NCBI GenBank assembly: GCA_021731695.1
Contig: JAKFWZ010000078.1
Span: 25,073 to 89,072, forward strand
Length of the DNA stretch: 64,000 nucleotides
DNA from: Candidatus Daviesbacteria bacterium
GTDB taxonomy: Bacteria; Patescibacteriota; Microgenomatia; Daviesbacterales; UBA10151
Direction: 5' to 3'
The first letter of the stretch is position 1. Each line of letters opens with the position of its first letter. The notes under the pieces were generated by a model. The model saw only the letters and a program-made list of their open reading frames with translations, was not told the DNA's origin and did not search any database. The position numbers were made by a program, and so were the translations under genes. This document shows positions 55,766 through 64,000 of the stretch, one piece after another.

Positions 55766-55829
55766 GGCTCATTCTCTAGAATATAACCTTTGCTCAGGAG
55801 TTTGCAACATTTTCTGTAGGATTCTTACA

Positions 55830-56039
55830 CTAAGGAAGAAGGAAAACATCATTGCTATCGTTGCAATTTCCTTCTTCTCCTGACTCACAAATAACCTGAG
55901 GCTGATTTGCCTGCTCAATTTTTTTTTGTTTATCCACCTCGGAAAAATAGGTGAATGTCTGGGTAAATTCCCACATTATAAAGATGCCGATTACCACAAT
56001 GAAAAGTAACGATAGGGGTGATATGCCTTTTTGATTCAT
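55830..56039 (-). CDS. Very small class III signal peptide protein
   Basis: MNQKG|ISPL plus TM; CESGEEGNC. Confidence 0.7.
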   Translation of the reverse strand: MNQKGISPLSLLFIVVIGIFIMWEFTQTFTYFSEVDKQKKIEQANQPQVICESGEEGNCNDSNDVFLLP

Positions 56040-56052
56040 AATTTATGGACGC

Positions 56053-56195
56053 TTGAAGATAGAAAATGGAAGATAGTGGTAGAGAATGGAAAATTGAGAA
56101 TGGACGTCTTAGACGAAGTCGCAAGCCTCGCTTATCTTCGATTCTCAATCTTCAAAATACTATGTTCTATCCTCGATAATCTATCGTCTAATATT
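56053..56195. repeat. Degenerate 7-mer hairpin element with a nested 22-nt repeat
   Basis: Shares TGGTAGAGAATGGAAA and TCAAAATACTAT with 54420-54530; AGACGAAGTCGCAAGCCTCGCT at 56111-56132. Confidence 0.75.
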
Positions 56196-56196
56196 T

Positions 56197-56442
56197 CTAA
56201 TTATTATCATCCTGATTAACAGTCGAAAGTATTTCAAGCTGTTCCTGATCAAGTTGGTATTTTTCCTGAACAGGTGCGTATTTTGGATCATTGGAAATGT
56301 TATAAGGGGTAGACTCGGGTGAGGGAGTTACCGAAGCAATTGGAGATTGTTTAAAAAAACCCATGTAAAATGCAAAGCCTAAAAAGGCAAGAAAAAGTAT
56401 TCCGATTATTATAAAAATTCCACTTGATGCTTTTTGGTTCAT
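56197..56442 (-). CDS. Small pilin-like membrane protein
   Basis: MNQKA|SSGIFII plus TM; TPSPESTP linker. Confidence 0.65.
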   Translation of the reverse strand: MNQKASSGIFIIIGILFLAFLGFAFYMGFFKQSPIASVTPSPESTPYNISNDPKYAPVQEKYQLDQEQLEILSTVNQDDNN

Positions 56443-56444
56443 AC

Positions 56445-58817
56445 TTAATTAATAGGACACGTATCTATAGCATTAGGTGTTCCCGGATATATTTGATTTG
56501 ATGAATTCCTGCACTGTCCACATGAGTCGCAAGTTGGATAATTCCCGGGGCAACTGTGAGAGTATTCTGAGTCAGGGCTAAGCTTATTGCAGTAGAAATC
56601 CTTATTAAAGACTCCTTTAATAGTACAGTATAAGTTGTCGTCAATTCTCGATAAGTTGCATGCACCTGTAGAAAGAGAGCAGGTGAAATTGGATTCATAA
56701 CATCTTGGCAGTGATGAATTCGACGGTGAGGAAGTGGAATTGGAAGTTAGGGAGGTGTCATTTCCTGACTCGACTGAAGTTTTGCCGTCACAGAAGGTGT
56801 TTTGGATAAACCCGGGCTGATTTTTGAAAAGAGTTTCCGCGTTTCGGTAGTGGGTTATGACATCCGTTGGCAGGGTTGCGCAGGTTGGATTCGGTTTAAA
56901 CTTTTGATCTGTTGAAAGAATCGGCGTAAAAGTACCGCCTGCAAAAATCATCCAAATTTTTTGCGGGACCCGCCTGTCGTTACAAATATTAACTCTTCCG
57001 GTTGTGTTGTTTGCGGAAGTTGCAGTGAATAGCGGATTTAAACCTAAATCAGCTTTAACGCAAATTCCCGGAATGTCATTAAAAACTGCATAAAATGCGG
57101 ATAATCTGGCGGCGGTTTTAGCCAGATCAAATCTGGTTCTGAATTTTGAATCGATACATTGTCCGACGTTTGCATTATCCGGGCATGTAGGTAATTCGTT
57201 GACGATTGAAGTTAATTCATTCTTGGCGAGGGTTGAGACGATTCGGAGATTGCCGCTTGGAGAAGCGGGCAACCTTTGGTTTAATGCATCAAAACTTGAT
57301 TTAAATCCAATAATTTCTGCCTTAGTTAAGCTAATTGGAATTGTACCTCCTCCGCCGGAACTTGCAGATGGAGCAGGGCTTGTGCTTGCAGCGGGAGAAG
57401 CACTTCCTGATGGAGATGCTGATGCACTGCCTGAGGGTGAAGATGAAGCAGAGGATGATGGGGATGGTGAGGAGGAAGGTGAAGCAGCAGCACACTGATT
57501 ATTAACGCATTTGTTGGATGCACAATCTTTGTTTTCGTTACAGGCTCTTCCTGTGGCTGTGGTGCCTCCTGCGCATTTATTGTTTGTGCAGGTTCCCGAC
57601 TGGCACTCCGACCCGCTGGTGCAGGAAGAGCTGCCGGTTTTCGTGCCTGTTGAATCACATTTTCCGTTAGTGCAGGATCCTGATGCGCAATCGGTGCCTT
57701 TAGTGCATGATGAACCTGAGGTTTTCGCTCCTCCGACGCATTTTCCTCCCGAACAATCGCCGGATTTACACTGGGAGTCCTTACCGCAAGACTTTCCTGC
57801 ATCCAATAGACTGCCGGTGCTGTCGTTTTTGCTTCCCGGGGCGCATTTTATATTCTGGTTTTCCGGATCCTTAGGAACAAAAGCCACGATTTCGCTGGGG
57901 GTTATCTGTAGAATTGCCGGGAAAGGTGTCCAGCCGTTATATGAGACAGCGTCTGGGGTCCCGATGGTATTCGGCACGCCCGAATCATTTTGCCCCGAAC
58001 CGCCGGTTACATAGTTCGTATAGATGACAATTCGGTCATTATCATAGCCTGTGGCTACATAACCGCTGGTTGACTGTTTATCGTTCCCGGTTCCTCTTTG
58101 CTGGAATTTTTCTCCGTTTGGATCCTTGACCGATGTTTCGATCATCGTTCCCCGGTCAAAATGAGACATTGTGGCTAGAGGGAATTTTCCGTTTGCCGGG
58201 CTTGCGGTCCCCGGGTTTTCGGTTAAGCATGAATTAGAGTTTGCATCATAACCTAAATTTTCGCATTTATAATATTGGTTCCAATCTTTAACTTTGAGAT
58301 ATTCATCCTTATACGGGTCCTCTTTTAAAGTATCGTTGGGGTTTTTGCCCTTTCTTATTGTATATATCCATTCATCACCGTCCGCGCTAAATTTATAAAC
58401 CACATCCTTAAACTCCTTTGCTCTTAGCTCTTCGCCTTTTTTACCATCGAATCCGCTGTCCCGGCCGAATTGTTCATATTCGGGACCTGAACTTTTCTTT
58501 GGTTCAATATTGTCTTCGTTGGAATTTTTAAACGCCACATAGCGGTTACTCTCACTAAGACCAACCTTTACGCATCCGTCGGGCGGGGTGGGGAGAGTGG
58601 CCGCGAACGGGACTATGTTTGTCCTTTGCTGGACTAAGTAAACCGTCAGGCCGATTGCCGCAACTAAAAATAAGGGAAGGAGTATCTGGGAAATGCCCCG
58701 CTGGTTCAGCGTTATTCGTTGTTCGTTATTCGTTGTTCGTGATTCGTTATTCGCTGCAGACAGAGGCTGTTTTTTTTGATGAACGATGAACGAAAAACGA
58801 TTAACCAGATCGGGCAT
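56445..58817 (-). CDS. Large class III signal peptide protein with four C-x5-C-x4-C-x4-C repeats, Ser/Pro linker, CVxADLG domain and Cys-rich tail
   Basis: NQRG|ISQIL; CGKDSQCKSGDCSGGKC-type repeats; ICVKADLGL. Confidence 0.8.
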   Translation of the reverse strand: MPDLVNRFSFIVHQKKQPLSAANNESRTTNNEQRITLNQRGISQILLPLFLVAAIGLTVYLVQQRTNIVPFAATLPTPPDGCVKVGLSESNRYVAFKNSNEDNIEPKKSSGPEYEQFGRDSGFDGKKGEELRAKEFKDVVYKFSADGDEWIYTIRKGKNPNDTLKEDPYKDEYLKVKDWNQYYKCENLGYDANSNSCLTENPGTASPANGKFPLATMSHFDRGTMIETSVKDPNGEKFQQRGTGNDKQSTSGYVATGYDNDRIVIYTNYVTGGSGQNDSGVPNTIGTPDAVSYNGWTPFPAILQITPSEIVAFVPKDPENQNIKCAPGSKNDSTGSLLDAGKSCGKDSQCKSGDCSGGKCVGGAKTSGSSCTKGTDCASGSCTNGKCDSTGTKTGSSSCTSGSECQSGTCTNNKCAGGTTATGRACNENKDCASNKCVNNQCAAASPSSSPSPSSSASSSPSGSASASPSGSASPAASTSPAPSASSGGGGTIPISLTKAEIIGFKSSFDALNQRLPASPSGNLRIVSTLAKNELTSIVNELPTCPDNANVGQCIDSKFRTRFDLAKTAARLSAFYAVFNDIPGICVKADLGLNPLFTATSANNTTGRVNICNDRRVPQKIWMIFAGGTFTPILSTDQKFKPNPTCATLPTDVITHYRNAETLFKNQPGFIQNTFCDGKTSVESGNDTSLTSNSTSSPSNSSLPRCYESNFTCSLSTGACNLSRIDDNLYCTIKGVFNKDFYCNKLSPDSEYSHSCPGNYPTCDSCGQCRNSSNQIYPGTPNAIDTCPIN

Positions 58818-58865
58818 ATAAATTAACTATATAAATTGAAGGAGCGTTTGTCCAGTTAATGATGA

Positions 58866-58992
58866 GGGATAGGTTTAGAGTTATACGGTTAGGAGGCTGG
58901 TATCGTGAGGAGGTTAGGAAGATGGTGCCTAATACCAAAAACCCTTTAACCCTAAACCATACGAGCTTCGTTACCCTTTAACTCTAAGCTAT
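58866..58992. repeat. Degenerate GGTTAG / CCCTAA hairpin element
   Basis: G-rich left arm and complementary C-rich right arm (TTAGAGTTA / TAACTCTAA). Confidence 0.6.
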
Positions 58993-59333
58993 CATTTAGC
59001 GTAAATAGTAGATTCGGACTCTGTAGGATTTCTTTCACCGTCATCTGTCCAGGTCATAAATTGAGACGAAGTGTCGCATCCTGTGTAATCAGTATCAGGA
59101 CACTCAGGATCAGCAGGGTGAATGATAGCAGTAGAAGAGTTTTGGTTTTGAACAGGAACTTCAGAAGCTGCCTCTTTAGGTTTAGATTGCGCAGCCCAAA
59201 AACCATAAAAAATTACTCCTGAAACGAAAATTACAGCAACTGAAATAAATATAATTAACGATGTAATACCTTTTTCTGAGTTTGGCATTTGCTTGTACTG
59301 AGTAAAGCGAACGCTAAGTTTGACATTTTTCAT
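58992..59333 (-). CDS. Small class III signal peptide protein (start may be 59288)
   Basis: SEKG|ITSL plus TM; CPDTDYTGC. Confidence 0.7.
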   Translation of the reverse strand: MKNVKLSVRFTQYKQMPNSEKGITSLIIFISVAVIFVSGVIFYGFWAAQSKPKEAASEVPVQNQNSSTAIIHPADPECPDTDYTGCDTSSQFMTWTDDGERNPTESESTIYAK

Positions 59334-59336
59334 TTT

Positions 59337-60059
59337 TTACAGCCCCACCTTTTCTTTGGCTAGTTTGATTTGTTCCGCAAAACCCTGCTCAATAGTATCT
59401 CTTGAAGGATCTTCCTTACCTGTGGCTGGCTTTAGCTGATTGTTAACAACAACTCTCCAAACTAAAGCACCATCATTGCCGGAGCATAGCAGCAATCTTC
59501 CTGAACCTCCGCCTGCTGCATTTGCAGGGATTTGTGTGCCTACTCCTAAGTCTGCAGGAACACATAGTCCTGCGACACCTTCTTTAATAGCATAAAATCT
59601 TGCTAAGTTATTAGCAACTTTTGCATCATAATAGGAAGTTGCAACTGTTGTTTTATCTTCAGGTGTTTCTTTGCAGACAGGGGAAGAGGTTGAAGTTGAT
59701 GTTGACGAAGAAGATCCGGAGCCTTTATAAGCTTTTTCACCTTTACCGATTCCGGGAGCATATCCACCAGGATCTTTGCAGGGAATTCCTTTTGTAATAA
59801 GTTCTTTTTCGTGCTCAGCAACCCACTCTTCAACAGCGTTTGGTCCGTAAACAGCTGCAAAGTCAGCTTTAGACTGCTCGCTTTGTCCGCCTAGAGTTTG
59901 TCCGTCGCAGGCTACAGTTTTTCCCGCGGCCCACGGTAAAAAGCCCGTGCCGCTTTGAACTAAAAGAGTTCCGGCAATAATGCCTACTGCCACTAAAGCT
60001 AAAATTAAAACAGGGGAAAATCCTGATTGTTTATTAATATAGTATGTTTTGTTTTTCAT
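59337..60059 (-). CDS. Class III signal peptide protein with a CVxADLG domain
   Basis: KQSG|FSPVL; LCVPADLGV; ATGA-coupled to the upstream gene at 60056-59. Confidence 0.78.
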   Translation of the reverse strand: MKNKTYYINKQSGFSPVLILALVAVGIIAGTLLVQSGTGFLPWAAGKTVACDGQTLGGQSEQSKADFAAVYGPNAVEEWVAEHEKELITKGIPCKDPGGYAPGIGKGEKAYKGSGSSSSTSTSTSSPVCKETPEDKTTVATSYYDAKVANNLARFYAIKEGVAGLCVPADLGVGTQIPANAAGGGSGRLLLCSGNDGALVWRVVVNNQLKPATGKEDPSRDTIEQGFAEQIKLAKEKVGL

Positions 60060-61537
60060 TTTGCTATACACGCGTTTGCTTTAGCTTTTGCAGCTTCAAG
60101 TTTTTCTTTAGCCTTTGCTTCGATTTCGCTGTTAATTTTTCCTTTAACATTGCTTAAGATTTGATTAAATTCATCGTATCTCGTAAGCGCGATTTTTGCA
60201 TCTGCCTCAGTTGCGGCCAGATCTTCAGGAGTAAATACACCGATTGCATAGCAGGGGATATTAAGACCATTTGAATCAACTCCGCAGGTACCTGAAGATG
60301 AAGATTTGCCTGGAGCTGATTGAGAAGCGGGGGCTTCACCGCCTGTTGATTGTGCTGACGGAGCTTTATTTGTACTTGCTCCAGTACTTCTACTGCCTGA
60401 ATTGGTCACAGCTAATTTAGCCGCTGTGCAGCGTGTGTATTGAACAGCAACAGCCGCACCATTTTTTATCACAGAGGTTTCGCCTATCTCGCACCCTTCT
60501 CTTTTGTCTGTATCAGTTGGATCGTTATCGCCTCTACACCAGGAGGTTTCTACTTGTGTACACTTAGCAGTCGTATAAGTACATCTGGCTTTCTTTTCAA
60601 TTACGTAACAGCCCAGTGTATTTCCAGCACATTCGTCACTGCATTGCTGCGTATCAGTTGCTGAAGCAGCTGATTGCCCCTTAGGTGAGCAGCCGTCGGC
60701 ATAAGGGCCAGTATAACCTCCCCGACATTCAAGATTGGTCTGGCTGTGTTTTTTATTGCACCAGTTTAGATCATCAGAATTAAATTCTTCACAGCTTGTC
60801 TGATTTGCTTTTACAACGCAGCCATCGTTAAACGGTCCTCCGGATCCACCAAAGCATTCATAATTGGCACCATGTGATTTACAGAATGAAGTTGGTTCTC
60901 CTTCGCAGGTGTTAGTCATAGTATTGATCTGCGGTACATTCGTGAGAGTGCAGAGACCGGTATTAATATTAATTGAAGTATTCACTCCATAACCTGCGCA
61001 ATCATCAAGATTACGGGGTGGTGCACAGCGGGCCTCACTTGAAGAGATATTTATACAGATTTTCCCAAAATTGCTACCCTGACTGCAATTTTCAACTATT
61101 TGACCATTTTGATTCCGGATTTCATTGCCACCACCACAATGTGTTTGGTTTAGATTAGTTGGGGAATTAATACAACTTGCCTGACCGGCAGCTTCAACGC
61201 ATACATAATCTGCACCATAATCTGCGCAATTCTCTTTAAAACCATTATTAGCCTTGAACCTGACAGATGCGCCATTACAATAGGTGTCGAAAGAATTTGT
61301 AGGATTGGAGGCATCATCTGCTCTAGGTAAAAAGTTAACACCATTCTGAATAAGTAAAACGCCTGCGGCAATGCCGAAGAGGAGCAAAACTAAAACGGGG
61401 ATGGGGGCGAAACCTGCCTGCCGGCAGGCAGGGCCTTTTTCGTGATTCGTTATTCGTTCATCGTTTGTCGTCAGCGCAGGTCGCTTTTTGCTATGAACTA
61501 ATAACCAATAACGACGAACTATTTTCGGCAGGTTCAT
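60056..61537 (-). CDS. Cys-rich class III signal peptide protein
   Basis: AG|FAPIP plus TM; duplicated C.G..(V/I)R..NG..ENC and C.GG..GP..DGC modules; helical C-terminus. Confidence 0.78.
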   Translation of the reverse strand: MNLPKIVRRYWLLVHSKKRPALTTNDERITNHEKGPACRQAGFAPIPVLVLLLFGIAAGVLLIQNGVNFLPRADDASNPTNSFDTYCNGASVRFKANNGFKENCADYGADYVCVEAAGQASCINSPTNLNQTHCGGGNEIRNQNGQIVENCSQGSNFGKICINISSSEARCAPPRNLDDCAGYGVNTSININTGLCTLTNVPQINTMTNTCEGEPTSFCKSHGANYECFGGSGGPFNDGCVVKANQTSCEEFNSDDLNWCNKKHSQTNLECRGGYTGPYADGCSPKGQSAASATDTQQCSDECAGNTLGCYVIEKKARCTYTTAKCTQVETSWCRGDNDPTDTDKREGCEIGETSVIKNGAAVAVQYTRCTAAKLAVTNSGSRSTGASTNKAPSAQSTGGEAPASQSAPGKSSSSGTCGVDSNGLNIPCYAIGVFTPEDLAATEADAKIALTRYDEFNQILSNVKGKINSEIEAKAKEKLEAAKAKANACIAK

Positions 61538-61575
61538 TTTTGTATTCTTACATTAATATTAAGTAATTTTTCAGC

Positions 61576-61605
61576 TTGACACAAGTGTGAATAATCTAGT
61601 AGAAT
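61576..61605 (+). promoter_or_regulatory. Probable promoter for tRNA-Ala and 23S rRNA
   Basis: TTGACA (61576-81), 18 nt, TAGAAT (61600-05); boxA-like GTACTTTGAAA near 62071. Confidence 0.65.
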
Positions 61606-61790
61606 TGCTTACTGATGTTTTCTAAGAGAAACAACGTATTTAATTTAGCTTCCGTTTAAGCTTGGCAACCGTTCGTCCGCCAGCTGGCGGAGGCGGATAG
61701 TCCCAAGCGTTGCACCCCTCGAATTTAAAAGTGAATAAATTAGTTAATGACAAGTCTAAACCGCTTGTTGGTTTTGTGGAGCAGAGGTTC

Positions 61791-61862
61791 GGGCCCGTAG
61801 TTCACCGGTAGAACGCTTCATTTGCAATGAAGATGCAGGAGGTTCGACTCCTCTCGGGTCCA
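61791..61862 (+). tRNA. tRNA-Ala(TGC)
   Basis: GGGCCCG/CGGGTCC with G3:U70, CTTCA-TTTGCAA-TGAAG anticodon arm, GGTTCGAC. Confidence 0.95.
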
Positions 61863-62259
61863 CAGGTTTAATGATTAAAGAATGATGATTAAGGATTAAT
61901 GAATAAAATCATTAATCGTAAATCTTTAATCACTAATCAATCTTTTTTTGACTTGGATATGGATTTTTGACGAAGAATAGTTGAAAGTCCATATCCGGGC
62001 CGAAGATATGGCTTTAATTCTATTAATTCCCACTAGGGAAAGAGGAATAAAGTTTAAGTCCTTGGAGTTTGTACTTTGAAATGTGAATACGACATAAATG
62101 AAGAGCAATCAGCTCTCAGTCAACAGTCGTCAGCCAATCGCAAGAAAAGCTGAAGTCTGAAAGCTGAAGTCTGAAAGCTCTTTTATGAGAAGGCCAATAA
62201 GGGTCAGATTTAACATCTGATCCATGAGCGTCGTCGAGACGCTCAAAATAGTCATAAAA

Positions 62260-64000
<1,741 letters not shown>

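Noticed and set aside
55930-56219. Two short ORFs on opposite strands
   Set aside because: Both are translations of the 7-mer hairpin element.

Overview
64 kb of AT-rich bacterial chromosome, inferred to be Patescibacteria/CPR and most likely Microgenomates (OP11-like 16S signatures, mevalonate pathway with archaeal-type thiolase/HMGS/DUF35, many membrane-anchored Ser/Pro-rich proteins). Contents in order: a complete mevalonate/isoprenoid cluster; a vapBC module embedded in uppS relics; large surface proteins (S74-chaperone fibre, tandem LamG); an AT-rich glycosylation locus with an RGP/UDP-Ara-mutase homologue, two O-antigen-ligase-like genes, a sulfatase-fold::CysD-like fusion and a nucleotidyltransferase::APS-kinase fusion; two more toxin-antitoxin pairs around trmH; prs; and a 16S rRNA gene interrupted in the decoding region by a group II intron that encodes a LAGLIDADG endonuclease instead of a reverse transcriptase. 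The rrn parts (16S, tRNA-Ile, tRNA-Ala, 23S) keep canonical order but are spread over about 23.5 kb filled with protein genes: an acyl-ACP desaturase homologue, pyrB, pgk, gap, alr, cohesin-dockerin surface proteins (one with a Hint autoprocessing domain and Cys-rich cargo inserted inside its cohesin fold) and a cluster of class III signal peptide proteins sharing a CVxADLG domain. The window also holds several families of tiny repeats (7-8 nt tandem arrays and hairpins, GC-rich palindromes, IS200/IS605-like and ACCCCGT miniature elements) that supply stop codons, -35 boxes and in-frame peptides. Best candidates for an undescribed system: the Hint-in-cohesin surface protein family, the sulfate-activating glycosylation locus, the RT-less group II intron with a 5' insert, and the CVxADLG pilin-like cluster. 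All calls come from reading motifs by eye; no database search was run.
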